From positions 1,426,001-1,490,000 of the forward strand of contig OZ024747.1 of assembly GCA_964016885.1 (NCBI GenBank): a stretch of 64,000 nt of DNA, in the 5' to 3' direction. The DNA comes from Eledone cirrhosa. Lineage: Eukaryota. The notes under the pieces were generated by a model, which searched no databases, had not been told where the DNA came from, and saw nothing but the letters and a program-made list of their open reading frames with translations. How positions within the stretch are numbered: position 1 is the stretch's first letter; each line of letters opens with the position of its first letter. The position numbers were made by a program, and so were the translations under genes. Positions 46,790 to 60,650 of the stretch are shown in pieces.

Positions 46790-46906
46790 AGAAAGAGAAT
46801 AACAATTTCACCGGTGTTTGGTGTTATTTAATAATTTAAATCTTTACTTTACTCTAAAAATTTAAATTATTAAAGAACACCACCAATAAAGTTAATCTTC
46901 TTTCTT

Positions 46907-46950
<44 letters not shown>

Positions 46951-47224
46951 CTCGTTTATGTATATTAATATATTTATATATATATATATACATCACACAC
47001 TGACACATACACATATATATACATATACACTCACACACAGACACACACACACACTCCACACACACACTTATATATATATATTATATATATATATTATATA
47101 TATATGTATGTGTGTGTGAGTGTATACACACACACACACACATCCTGTCGTTCACTACACGGACACCTAACCAAGAGATAAGCAAGAGACCCCAACAGCC
47201 GATGCACGTGATCAACTGCCCTCT

Positions 47225-47470
47225 CCGTGACACAAAACCAACAGGCATACATGGTATACGGCAGTGAATGTAATGTAGGTACTTGGTACACTGGTAGCAA
47301 TATCAGACGACTACATTAAGGAAGAGTTAGATACACGCTTCATACTTCATATAGACAACTGTAGAAATAGCAACCAGTTACGATCAAGGCTAGAGATCGA
47401 AACTTAGGAAATCTGGGAATTAAGGAAGCGATTATCATTAAGAAACTCACATCAATAACAGATCAGAACT
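47225..47470 (+). pseudogene. Degenerate GIY-YIG endonuclease fragment, Penelope-like retroelement type
   Basis: From 47251: MVYGSECNVGTWYTGSNIRRLH*, then VTIKARDRNLGNLGIKEAIIIKKLTSI. Resembles the VY..C..Y.G...R.L and I..R......I.EAI.I motifs of PLE endonucleases; stops and frameshifts present. Confidence 0.55.
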
Positions 47471-47850
47471 TAACATACAATTCCTAATTTAACCAACACC
47501 ACACCACACCAATTAATTAGACCCCAGTACTCAACATATAAACATACAACACATTTAACACGAAAACACACAAGACACTACAGTCTGGCAGAATATAGCC
47601 ATTAGATAACAATAGCCATTGTAGAATAATAACACATTAATGTATGTTTGGCACACTGCCTGTTAGAGCTTATATCAACACACAACACAAACAATACACT
47701 AAACACGCAACAAACCGCACAAGACACCCGGAACTTAACACACAACACCGCCTCTGACTTGTAACAGTGTATGATATACATATATGCCTGCATGCGTGTA
47801 GGTGTGAGCTTGCACCGTTCTTTGACTTATCGCAGTCTTCGAATTACATA

Positions 47851-47907
<57 letters not shown>

Positions 47908-48006
47908 ATATGTATATTGTTATACTTGGGGAGGGTCATATTTGTGTAATATTGCCAGAATTAATAACAGAACACACTCACTGTTTGGTTGGTTTTCGCT
48001 TCTCGC

Positions 48007-48118
<112 letters not shown>

Positions 48119-48556
48119 GTTTTTCTCACACATATATATATATGTGAGAAAAACCACAGACCCTCCATCTCAACTCTACTTTTGAAAAGCAGAAGAATTG
48201 CGAAACCGGTAAAGGAACCAAATAAATATATATATCTTTTAGCAATAAGACTCCAGTTGCATTTTCGATTTCATCTTTTTTTCTTTATACTTTCACTCGT
48301 GTAGGACACCTCGGTTATTTTTCATTTTGTAAAAAAAACCTGACTTTCTAATATATTATATATATATATATAACGAAGGAAATGTGGTAAGGAACCAGGT
48401 GGACCATAACGCACCAAAGTACTCAATACTTAGGGTAGTAGAGTGGGTAATAGGAACGAGTAGGACCCCGACGGCTGAGCTCAAGCCGTTTCAACGGCTA
48501 ATTCTAATTAGCCGTCGAAACGGCTTGAGCTCAGCCGTCGGGGTCCTACTCGTTCC

Positions 48557-48588
<32 letters not shown>

Positions 48589-49562
48589 GAGAGAGATACA
48601 CGTCAAAAGCAAAAGTGAAAAAGAACAGGGGTATATTATTTTATTCTTTAATCAGAATATTTTCATAATTGTTACATTAAATAGAAGTAAGTTTTATGAA
48701 ATATTTTATTTCTGGTTTCCATTATGTCAATCTTATGAAATATTAAAACAGTTTCTACTCATATTCTGTAGACAGTTAAAACTTTCCTTTACTTGCTATT
48801 GCCTGAAACCTTATAAACTAGGTGAAAACCTGTTGGGTTAGGGTTAGTTAAACATGCTACCTAGAAAGACATAGATCCACACATGGCTAAGATCCTATAG
48901 GTCGGGTTAACGGACATCCACACCTCTAGCCTTCATTGTTTATAGCTCTCTAAAGCCGAACGTTCTGGTAAACATTGTTTAGATGAGACAAAACATTGTA
49001 TGTCACCAGGATATTCCTATTGGATTCTGATGACATCTTCGTCAAGTGTTTATCTGGAGTTTCCTATATTCTCACCCTATTTCTCCTCCATCAATTAATA
49101 AAGTGTTCTCTTTTAGGAACCCCTATTTACTTGGTTTAGAAGGGAGTTGTTTATATATCGGACAAATACAATTCCTATCGTACTTCTGCCTTTAAGTCGG
49201 ACTCACCCATCCTTCTCTGCTATGTTCTCTTCCTCGTCCCCGGCCCCGATAGTTCTTCACTCGCTACCTGCTTCCATTGCGTCCCCATTACTATAAGTTA
49301 GGGTAAAAGTGGACTCCTACTCGTCAGCCCCAGGAACCAAAGGCGAAACAGACACTCAGGTCACTCATGGAGTTGGTGCTGCTGTTGTTGTCGCTGGTTG
49401 TAGTAGGGAATTGGTGGGCTTCATCCATGGTTCCACTACGACCAATGCTGCTCTAAAGACTGGGGTTTGTTGCTGATGTGTCTGCCGCTGTAGTTCTTCT
49501 CTGCCAAGAGTCAACGTCCTTCTCAGTGCCTCCTTACCGCCACCCTAGTATTTCTCTGCCGC

Positions 49563-49803
49563 AAATACCGTGGCACACATATATGGATGGACATGTGGCT
49601 CATAATACCGTGGCACACATATATGGATGGACATGTGCCTCATAATACCGTGGCACACATATATGGATGGACATGTGCCTCATAATACTGGGGCACACAT
49701 ATATGGATGGACATGTGCCTCATAATACTGGGGGCACACATATATGGATGGACATGTGCCTCATAATACTGGGGCACAAGCATTTGGGTGGACGAGTGCC
49801 TCA
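49563..49803. repeat. ~39-bp minisatellite (~6 copies)
   Basis: Unit AATACCGTGGCACACATATATGGATGGACATGTGCCTCAT with internal self-complementarity (GGCACA..TGTGCC). Confidence 0.9.
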
Positions 49804-50212
49804 CTATTACTGACTATTTCGGGGTTGTGTTTTCGCTTTCAAAAATAACACAGACGGTACCTTATGTTTTGTCCAGCTGAAAGGAGAGGATTTCTTCACA
49901 CACATCTGTGAGGGTTTCTTCTATTTGTTCATATAAGGGAGATATGGAAACTTTGCTCCTGTAGTTTTGTGATAAGCTAATGCTGCATTCCAAAACATGT
50001 TTGTCTCTCAGTAAAAACTTCACCGGAAAAAACAAACACATTCACAACTATATATTCCTTGTTATTCCCAACACGAGCAAAAGTACCAGTTATACGCGAC
50101 GGGAAGATAACAGAATGTTTAAGTTTGGAATGAATCATATGGATGTGACAGCATAGTAGTTGTTGTTAACAATTTCACTCGTGGTATTTTATTGTTATTT
50201 GGAGGGGGTGGC

Positions 50213-50498
50213 CAGGGCTGGATTTAGACCTTGGGGGTCCCGGGAACTTCAGTTCTGGGGCCCCTTATTTACAAAAAATAGAATACACAGCAAACCCCCC
50301 TCACTCAATTTTACATATCAAAGTTAGTTTGGTGCAAGTAATTGGAATTAAAAAGTTATACATACAGGTATTACATTCAAAAATTCTAACCATCCTAAAA
50401 CTAAAAAGCCCAGCTGGGGACACATACATTGCTACGACCATCGGGTCGCTCCCATTGATGGGGGCCCGGGGCAATTGTCTCCCTTAAATCCGGCCCTG
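50213..50498. mobile_element. hAT-like MITE
   Basis: TIRs CAGGGCTGGATTTA/TAAATCCGGCCCTG; 8-bp TSD ggggtggc/ggggtggg (7/8 match). Decayed inverted relative at ~44328-44490. Confidence 0.8.
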
Positions 50499-51014
50499 GG
50501 GGTGGGGAGGACTGTTTAAATATATTGTCGTTCTTATGTTGAAATTAATATTTTGTTCTGCAATTAAATTGTTATAAATTTTGTTTTTGTTTTTGTTGTT
50601 GCTTGTAGACTCTATTGTTTTGTTCACAGTTAATTTGTTTAAGACAGGCACAGCTTGGGGTTTTCATAGTCATTTTCTGTGTATAGATGGCACCAAGAAG
50701 ACATGTAATTTATTTGAAGCAATAATAGAGACCTTCCTCAGTGTGAATATTTGATCGGATACGTCCGGAGGGAATACCACACTGTCCGGAGGGAATACCA
50801 CACTGTCCGGAGTAGATTTTCCAACATAGAATAGAATAAATCTCTGTTCTATGTTGGTAAATATTCTTCGTTTTGGGAACAACTACAACAACAACAACAA
50901 CTACTACAACTACTACTACTACTACTACTACAATAACAACAACAACAACAGTAATAATGCTGATTTCTAATTTAGGTTCAAGGCGTACAATTTGCGGGGA
51001 GGGAAAAGTCATTA

Positions 51015-51166
51015 CATCGACCCCAGTGCGTGACTGGTACTTTATTTTATCGGCCTCGTAAGGATGAAAGGCTAAATAGACCTTGGTGGGATTTGAACTC
51101 AGAACGTAAAGGGCCGTAACCCTATGCCGATAAGCATGTTGTTCGACGCTCTACCGATTACTGGCA
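51015..51166 (-). mobile_element. tRNA-derived SINE ~20 nt inside Hhex intron 1
   Basis: Same A/B box and central domain; explains the ORF-track read-through tail after the donor. Confidence 0.8.
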
Positions 51167-51184
51167 ATAAAAATAATGTCTTAC

Positions 51185-52255
51185 CTTTGGAGAAAGAGTT
51201 ATGTCTGTCAACAAAATGATATTCAATAGCAGCACGGCTTGGGTAAGGTGATGGGTAGATATGTGCTAATGGATGTCCTGTATGGTAACTATGGAGGTTA
51301 GTTGGACTATGTAGGTAGGTGCTGCTTGCTGCCATCAACCCGTGGCTGTCGTAAACGGCAACGGGCTTGCAGACGGCTGCTGTGCTGGCTGTTTGCAAAA
51401 GTGCTGGGTTCAACGGTGTAGGTCTCTGAGGTTGATGTTGTTGTTGATGATGATGATCAAGATGATGATTATGATGATTGTGTTGTTGTTGGTGTTGATG
51501 TTGGTATTGGTGTGACTGTTGTTGTTGTTCTTGTTGGTGTTCATTTTGTTGTTGTTGTTCTTGTAGTAGTAATTGGTGTTGGTGAGAGTGATTATGGTGT
51601 TCATTATTGTTGTTGTTAGTCTTACCACTGGTGTTGTTATTGTTGTTGTTGTTATGGTACTGATGATGGAAGAGCAGGTGGTGATGGTGGTGGTGGAGAA
51701 GCAGGTGGTTGTGATTGTTATTGTTGCTGTTGTTATTGTTATGTAACAGATGATACGGGTAGAATAAGGGTGGTGGTGGCATTGGTTGTGGTGGGGGAGA
51801 TTGAGGACTGGGGCAGCCCCCACCGACGTCGCTACCCGCGTTACTTCCAACCGTACTACGTCCTGTACTACAACTCATAGGGGTACATACCCGTCCATGT
51901 GGGGTGTTGTCTGGTGAGGGTACTGTTGTAGCTGCAAGTGGTGATGGTGTTGATGATGATGATGATAATGAAGATGAAGATGATAATGATGGTGATGATG
52001 ATGATGGTAGTGATGATATAATAGCTGTAGTCGCTAGAACTGTAGAGGTGGTTGTAATATTGTTGTTGTTGTTGGTGGTGGCTGTTGTGTTATTACCCAA
52101 TATATCATCGATTAAAAAAGAAGTATGGCCACTACCACCTCCTCCACCACCTCCTCCACCACCACCGTCGCCACCACCGTCGCCACCGCCACCGCCACCT
52201 CCACCACCACCTCCACTACAATGTTTTGAGTGGCAATCATTATTACTATTATTAC

Positions 52256-52334
<79 letters not shown>

Positions 52335-52583
52335 TGGAGTATTGTTGATGTTCATGTTGATGTCGTCGCGAGCGTTGTTGTTGTTGTTGTTGTTAATCCC
52401 GCCGCCGGAGCCGAACACACCAAAACCTGCTGACCTGAGGGACGATAGTAATGGTGGCGGCGGTGGCGGCGGTGGGGGTGAAGTGAAGTGGGACTGGTTA
52501 CGGGCGGCGGCGTGTAGGTCGGTAGTCCAGTGGTCTGAACCAATGTGGCAGTGGTGGGCAGCTGTTGGTAATGAGTGTAACAT
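51185..52583 (-). CDS. Hhex: Hhex/Prh homeobox gene, coding exon 1 (N-terminal region with eh1/Groucho-binding motif)
   Basis: ORF from ATG 52583 contains TSFLIDDILG (eh1, cf. vertebrate HHEX TPFYIEDILG) and PQRPTP. It ends at donor AAAG|GTAAG (GT at 51184-51183). 1399 nt = phase 1, matching exon 2. Confidence 0.9.
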
Positions 52584-52595
52584 TACTGGTATTAT

Positions 52596-52635
<40 letters not shown>

Positions 52636-52675
52636 TGTCAGTGAGAGAGAGAGAGAGAGAGAGAGATGGTGTCAG

Positions 52676-52710
<35 letters not shown>

Positions 52711-54950
52711 TGGTGTCAGTGAGAGAGAGAGAGAGATGGTATCAGTGAGAGAGAGGGTTAAACAATATATGTGACGTACATTGAACAGATTAAAATAATG
52801 TCTTAGCAAAACAACATCAATGACGCATGTCTATTGGAGTGCATTGTGTGTATATGTAGATATGTGTGTGTGTATAATGTGTATAGTGTGTGTGTATGGT
52901 TGTGTGTGTGTATGTGTGTGTGTGTATGGTGTGTATGTGTGTGTGTATGGTTGTGTGTGTGTGTGTGTGTATGTATGTGTATGTTTGTATGTTCTATAAA
53001 GTTGAGCTCACGACATTCTTCGCCCCACGGTGAGGGGTTTTAATAAAAATACATCCAGGTTAAATTAGAATTCCAGATCATATAGTTGTTGTGGTTGTTG
53101 TTGTTTAGCCCTAGGTAAGCCATAAACCGTAATCCAGTGGATCATTTCAGTAAACGATCTTCAAGCAATCATCTACTTTAGATTTCACTGCACAATATAT
53201 CTTGGACAACAGCAACTGTCTTCTACCTTATTCTTAGATGTTAACGTATGATGTTGTTGTCGGTGGCAGTAGTGGCAGCAGCAGCAGCAGCAGCAGCAGT
53301 GGAGGAGGAGGAGGAGGAGGAGGAGGAGGAGGAGGGACGCCCAATCAAACTGAACCGCCTCGCTAGAAAGTCGCCGCTAAACTGATTGGTTGTCTCCTTT
53401 CCTATATATCATATATAACACTTATAGTAATACGGCGGTGGTGGTGGTGGTGGTGGTGGATGTAGTGGAGGTGGTGGTGGTGATGGTGGTGGATGTAGTG
53501 GAGGTGGTGGTGATGGTGGTGGTGGTCTGAAAATGTGTTGTTGTTGTTAGCAATATTAGTGTGTATAGTTGTTTAACCCTAGGTCATCTCTGATCAAGTA
53601 AACCTATGACCAAAGACATTCCAGCCGTGACTATCCCCTCTTCTTTCCATTTTCCCTTTTAAATGCAATTTGAAGGAGATTTAGCTTCCTCTTCTATTAC
53701 ATCAATCACGTTAATGTTGTTTCGGACAGATCGATAACGAATCGATAACCAAATGTAGTTCCGACATTGATCAGTTCATCTTTTTATATATCCAGGATTG
53801 TTCAATACATCGTTACATTGGTGTAATTGGAGGGTCATTTGACTGCTATTTCTAGCAGGTGACATAGAGGAACCTCCTCCTTGTTGCTGTTGTTGTTGGG
53901 GGGGGGGGGGTTATTGATAAAGTTATCTGACAGAAGAATACAGCAGATCAAACTGTCCTGTTATGGTCAGTAGTAATAGTAGTGGTGGTGGTAGTGGTGG
54001 TGGTGGTAGTAGTGGTGGTGGTGGTAGTAGTGGTGGTAGTGGTGCTAGTGGTGGTAGTGGTTGTGGTGGTAGTAGTGGTAGTATTAGTGGTGGTGGTGGT
54101 AGTGGTGGTGGTAGTAGTAGTGGTAGCATTGGTGATGGTGGTGGTGGTAGTAGTGGTGGTAGTGGTGTGGTGGTAGTAGTGGTAGCATTGGTGGTGGTGG
54201 TGGTAGTAGTAGTGGTAGTGGTGGTAGTAGTGGTGGTGGTAGTAGTGGTGGTAGTAGTGGTAGTAGTGGTGGTGGTGGTAGTAGTGGTGGTAGTTGTGGT
54301 AGTAGTGATAGTGGTGGTGGTAGTAGTGGTGGTAGTAGTAGTGGTGGTGGTAGTAGTAGTGGTGGTGGTAGTAGTGGTAGTAATGGTAGTGGTGGTGGTG
54401 CTAGTAGTAGTGGTAGTAGTAGTGTAGGTAGTAGTAATAGTAGTAGTAGTAGTAGTGTAGGTAGTAGTAGTAGTAGTAGTAGCAGTAGTAACAATAGTAG
54501 TAGTAGTAGTAGTAGCAGTAGTAGTAGCGGTAGTAGCAGTAGTGGTAGTAGTGGTAGTAGCAGTAGTAGTGGTGTAGTAGTGTAGGTAGTAGTTTTCGGT
54601 GACAGTTTCCCTACACCTATCAGACTCTTTTTTCTACTTTCTCCCTCATAAATACACACTTACACTCTCTCTCTCTTTCTCCCCCTCTCTCTCCACCTCT
54701 CCCTCTCTCACTCTCCCTCTTGCTCTCTCCCCCCTCTTGCTCTCTCCCACACCCTCTCTCTCCCTCTTTCCCTCTCCCACCCCCTCTCTCACTCTCATAC
54801 ACACTCAGAAACACACACAACTGCTTCAAAAACCTTCACTGTGATTGGTTAATTCTTCTGTGTGTGTGGATATGTGTGTTTACGTGTATAGTATATATAT
54901 ATATATATATATATGTAGACATACACACACACACTTGTATCTGTAGACAT

Positions 54951-55044
<94 letters not shown>

Positions 55045-55621
55045 ATGTCTACAGATACAAGAACAACAATATCATCAACAATAATGAGTCAACCAAATAT
55101 TCTCTATGTTCGACTAGCTAGAAATAGCAGCCAAATCTTCTCATCATATCAATGGTGCCAGATTGGACTCAGATGTAGTGAATTACATTAATTTTCAGGG
55201 TATAAACTACTTTTTGGGGTTACATGGAGAACGTTTTAGATTTGGGGCTACTTAAAACAATATTTGGTGCTACAATCTTTTCGAATTTATTTCAAAATTT
55301 GTATTTATGTTATTTTGGGCTAATCAGTAAAATCTACAGAGATTAGAGGATATTTAGCTGCTATTTTAGCCCATCGATCGACCACGTAGAAGCAATCTCT
55401 CTGGTGTAGTAAAGTGAACTGCAGCCTGGCACCATTTACCAGTTATGTAGTGGGGGTTACTGAAGTCTGATCAGGTTAAGTATTTTATGAATAAATTATT
55501 ATTATTCTAAGACTATACTCATTTATCGATCTATTGATCAACAAGATCTGAGCTCATTCGATTACTGAGTGATATGGTCGTAACTCTAACATGAAATAAG
55601 GTGTCTTGCTTAAAAATCATA

Positions 55622-55685
55622 ACTCACCGCCCGGGAATCGAACTCGGAACCTCACGATTGCGAATCCAATTCTCTAACCACTAAA
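55622..55685 (-). mobile_element. tRNA-like SINE head (second family)
   Basis: AGTGGTTAGAGAATTGGATTCGCAATCGTGAGGTTCCGAGTTCGATTCCCGGG; partial copy at ~18503-18545. Confidence 0.6.
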
Positions 55686-55920
55686 CATATAGTCAAATTA
55701 TGATAAAAAAAACATGTCTATTTGATGAAAAAACTAAAATGCATTTGATGACAGTAAAAAACACAAAAGCTTTTAGCCTTGTAAGTACTGAGGGAGTCGT
55801 AGGGGCGCCGTAGTGGCATACATCGTTTCTTGGGTATTTTAAGCCTTGTGGAGCCCATCCCCTGTCCAGGGATGGCAGTAAATTGTACAATGTTAACATA
55901 CGAGCTCACAAAAGTGATGC

Positions 55921-58265
55921 AACCCTTTAGTTACCAACCCAGCCAACCCAGCTCTGGTTCTATGAAATAAAACCATCCATTTTAACCCTTTAGTTACCAA
56001 CCCAGCCAAAGCCAGCTCTGGTTCTATGAAATAAAACCACCCATTTTAACCCTTTAGTTACCAACCCAGCCAACCCAGCTCTGGTTCTATGAAATAAAAC
56101 CACCCATTTTAACCCTTTAGTTACCAACCCAGACAACCCAGCTCTGGTTCTATGAAATAAAACCACCCATTTTAACCCTTTACTTACCAACCCAGCCAAC
56201 CCAGCTCTGGTTCTATGAAATAAAACCACCCATTTTAACCCTTTAGTTACCAACCCAGCCAACCCAGCTCTGGTTCTATGAAATAAAACCACCCATTTTA
56301 ACCCTTTAGTTACCAACCCAGCCAACCCAGCTCTGGTTCTATGAAATAAAACCACCCATTTTAACCCTTTACTTACCAACCCAGCCAACCCAGCTCTGGT
56401 TCTATGAAATAAAACCACCCATTTTAACCCTTTACTTACCAACCCAGCCAAAGCCAGCTCTGGTTCTATGAAATAAAACCACCCATTTTAACCCTTTACT
56501 TACCAACCCAGCCAACCCAGCTCTAGTTCTATGAAATAAAACCACCCATTTTAACCCTTTAGTTACCAACCCAGCCAACCCAGCTCTGGTTCTATGAAAT
56601 AAAACCACCCATTTTAACCCTTTAGTTACCAACCCAGCCAACCCAGCTCTGGTTCTATGAAATAAAACCACCCATTTTAACCCTTTACTTACCAACCCAG
56701 CCAACCCAGCTCTGGTTCTATGAAATAAAACCACCCATTTTAACCCTTTACTTACCAACCCAGCCAACCCAGCTCTGGTTCTATGAAATAAAACCACCCA
56801 TTTTAACCCTTTAGTTACCAACCCAGCCAAAGCCAGCTCTGGTTCTATGAAATAAAACCACCCATTTTAACCCTTTACTTACCAACCCAGCCAACCCAGC
56901 TCTAGTTCTATGAAATAAAACCACCCATTTTAACCCTTTAGTTACCAACCCAGCCAACCCAGCTCTGGTTCTATGAAATAAAACCACCCATTTTAACCCT
57001 TTAGTTACCAACCCAGCCAAAGCCAGCTCTGGTTCTATGAAATAAAACCACCCATTTTAACCCTTTACTTACCAACCCAGCCAACCCAGCTCTGGTTCTA
57101 TGAAATAAAACCACCCATTTTAACCCTTTACTTACCAACCCAGCCAACCCAGCTCTGGTTCTATGAAATAAAACCACCCATTTTAACCCTTTAGTTACCA
57201 ACCCAGCCAAAACCAGCTCTGGTTCTATGAAATAAAACCACCCATTTTAACCCTTTAGTTACCAACCCAGCCAACCCAGCTCTGGTTCTATGAAATAAAA
57301 CCACCCATTTTAACCCTTTACTTACCAACCCAGCCAACCCAGCTCTGGTTCTATGAAATAAAACCACCCATTTTAACCCTTTAGTTACCAACCCAGCCAA
57401 AACCAGCTCTGGTTCTATGAAATAAAACCACCCATTTTAACCCTTTAGTTACCAACCCAGCCAAAGCCAGCTCTGGTTCTATGAAATAAAACCACCCATT
57501 TTAACCCTTTACTTACCAACCCAGCCAACCCAGCTCTGGTTCTATGAAATAAAACCACCCATTTTAACCCTTTAGTTACCAACCCAGCCAAAACCAGCTC
57601 TGGTTCTATGAAATAAAACCACCCATTTTAACCCTTTAGTTACCAACCCAGCCAACCCAGCTCTGGTTCTATGAAATAAAACCACCCATTTTAACCCTTT
57701 AGTTACCAACCCAGCCAAAACCAGCTCTGGTTCTATGAAATAAAACCACCCATTTTAACCCTTTAGTTACCAACCCAGCCAAAGCCAGCTCTGGTTCTAT
57801 GAAATAAAACCACCCATTTTAACCCTTTACTTACCAACCCAGCCAACCCAGCTCTGGTTCTATGAAATAAAACCACCCATTTTAACCCTTTACTTACCAA
57901 CCCAGCCAACCCAGCTCTGGTTCTATGAAATAAAACCACCCATTTTAACCCTTTAGTTACCAACCCAGCCAAAACCAGCTCTGGTTCTATGAAATAAAAC
58001 CACCCATTTTAACCCTTTAGTTACCAACCCAGCCAAAGCCAGCTCTGGTTCTATGAAATGAAACCATCCATTTTAACCCTTTAGTTACCAACCCAGCCAA
58101 CCCAGCTCTGGTTCTATGAACTAAAACCACCCATTTTAACCCTTTAGTTACCAACCCAGCCAACCCAGCTCTGGTTCTATGATATAAAACCACCCATTTT
58201 AACCCTTTAGTTACCAACCCAGCCAACCCAGCTCTGGTTCTATGATATAAAACCACCCATTTTAA
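55921..58265. repeat. 63/64-bp minisatellite (~37 copies)
   Basis: Unit AACCCTTTAGTTACCAACCCAGCCAACCCAGCTCTGGTTCTATGAAATAAAACCACCCATTTT. Confidence 0.96.
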
Positions 58266-59389
58266 AGGTTTCCAATTTAAATTAAAATCTTCCAACATAA
58301 TTTTATATAAGAACCTTACATTGAGTTACTATCTTAGTAATGAAATAATTAATAATTTTAGTAAATCCCTCAAAAATTTTCTTTAAATAATTAAAATAGG
58401 GTACATTTCATTAGAAATGTCATGAAAGAACAAAAAGGTTGAACATAAAAATAGTGATACAATAGAAAGTGAAATTTGTGATAGAATAAACAAGTTAAAC
58501 TTATAGTTTTAGTGTTTCTGATCTGAAACTATTGCTGAAGTGTTATATTAAGTAGTAAAAACCTCTTGAATGATGGGGAAATATTGAAAACTGTTTCGCT
58601 ATTGCAACAGACGGAGCTTCAAAACTGTGTTTTTAATAATCTTTTATCACGTTAATGAAAATATATTATAGAAACTGAATCACAAAATGTATTTATTTCT
58701 CTTGTATTTCGATGTATTTCTACACTCTTGAAGAATTACCTTCTAATATTGACTAGGAATCTTGTACCTGCTTCCACAGATCTCCACAGAGAATCTTACA
58801 TAGAAATATAGACTAATCGAAGATGATGAGGAATGATTTTCAATAATTGCCAAGTAACTGAACAAAATAAAGTGGTAGCCATGAGATATATTTTTATATG
58901 ACATCTAGTTGCAATAAATATCATACAAAGGAATTTACATATAATCATATTGAATTTTATTTAACATTTATGAATCCTGTATTAAGTGAATTTGAAAGAA
59001 AGATTATTTGCTGTTCTATAAAGAAACGATGTCCTGGGGCGGGGGAAGAGAGAGTTATTGGAAGAGAGTTCCGAGTAGTAGATATAGAGAGGGGGAGAGT
59101 TCCGTGTAGTAGATATAGAGAGGGGGAGAGTTCCGTGTAGTAGATATAGAGATGTATCATTATAGTTTCTTACATTAATTAAAATACCTCAGAAAAAGCT
59201 CACTAATAGTTTTCTAACGTTTTGTCTTGTAGAATTTCATGAAAAAAGAAGGAAACTGTCCAAAAAACAGGCAACTTACCAGACATATAATCCACAATAA
59301 TACACATACCTTCCAAAATCGTTACCAAGACTACACCACGGTTACCAACACTACCTAACGGTTTGTCTTGTCTACTCTCATTATTTTAG

Positions 59390-60058
59390 ATCTGAGTTCA
59401 AATCCTGCCGAGGTTGACTTTGCCTTTCATCCTTACGGGGTCGATAAAATAAAGTACCAGTAATGCACTGAGTAATTGCTGGCCTTGTGCCTAAAGTAGA
59501 AACAATTATTTTAGGGCAGTATCGTTAGAGAGTCGGACGCCATGCTTTCCAGCATAGTTACGTCCCTTTACGGTCTGAGTTCAAATCCCGCCGAGGTTTC
59601 TTTGCCTTTCATCCTTACAGGGTCGATAAAATAAAGTACCAGTAATGCACTGGGTAATTGCTGGCCTTGTGCCTAAAGTAGAAACAATTATTTTAGGGCA
59701 GTATCGTTAGAGAGTCGGACGCCATGCTTTCCAGCATAGTTACGTCCCTTTACGGTCTGAGTTCAAATCCCGCCGAGGTTTCTTTGCCTTTCATCCTTAC
59801 AGGGTCGATAAAATAAAGTACCAGTAATGCACTGGGTAATTGCTGGCCTTGTGCCTAAAGTAGAAACAATTATTTTAGGGCAGTATCGTTAGAGAGTCGG
59901 ACGCCATGCTTTCCAGCATAGTTACGTCCCTTTACGGTCTGAGTTCAAATCCCGCCGAGGTTTCTTTGCCTTTCATCCTTACAGGGTCGATAAAATAAAG
60001 TACCAGTAATGCACTGAGTAATTGCTGGCCTTGTGCCTAAAGTAGAAACAATTATTTT
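59390..60058 (+). repeat. Head-to-tail tandem SINE array (182-bp period, 3 full copies plus 1 partial)
   Basis: Units start GGGCAGTATCG at 59514, 59696 and 59878 and are nearly identical. Confidence 0.9.
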
Positions 60059-60337
60059 AGTTTTATAACTGACTACCTTTTATTTTCTCTAACCTTGGTG
60101 TTCCTGTCTCTATTTCTACTCCCGAAGAAGGGCCAAACCCCTAAATATATATATATATAACAACAACCTTATATACATATACACATACATAAAATCATTA
60201 TTTAAGTTAGAAACCACCACGTTGAATTCAAAGGAATGAGTTGGTTGTTTTGATTTGAGATGGAGGAGGGGGAGGGGGGGCTGTTTTTTAAAAGGTGAGA
60301 TTCATTTGTGATTTTTCAGCTTAGAGTAAATTTAGCG

Positions 60338-60371
<34 letters not shown>

Positions 60372-60391
60372 TGTATGTATGTATGTATGTA

Positions 60392-60438
<47 letters not shown>

Positions 60439-60517
60439 GTATGTATGTATGTATGTGTGTGTGTGTATGTGTGTATGTATGTATGTGTATGTGTATGTAT
60501 GTAGGTGTGTGTATGTA

Positions 60518-60550
<33 letters not shown>

Positions 60551-60619
60551 ATGTATGTATGTATGTGTGTGTGTGTATGTATGTATGTGTATGTGTATGT
60601 ATGTATGTGTGTGTATGTA

Positions 60620-60650
<31 letters not shown>

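Noticed and set aside
51904-52644. 246-aa plus-strand ORF overlapping Hhex exon 1
   Set aside because: Antisense shadow of trinucleotide repeats.
55921-58298. CRISPR-like array or repeat-protein ORFs
   Set aside because: Units are contiguous with no unique spacers, there are no cas genes, the context is eukaryotic, and 64-bp units break the frame.
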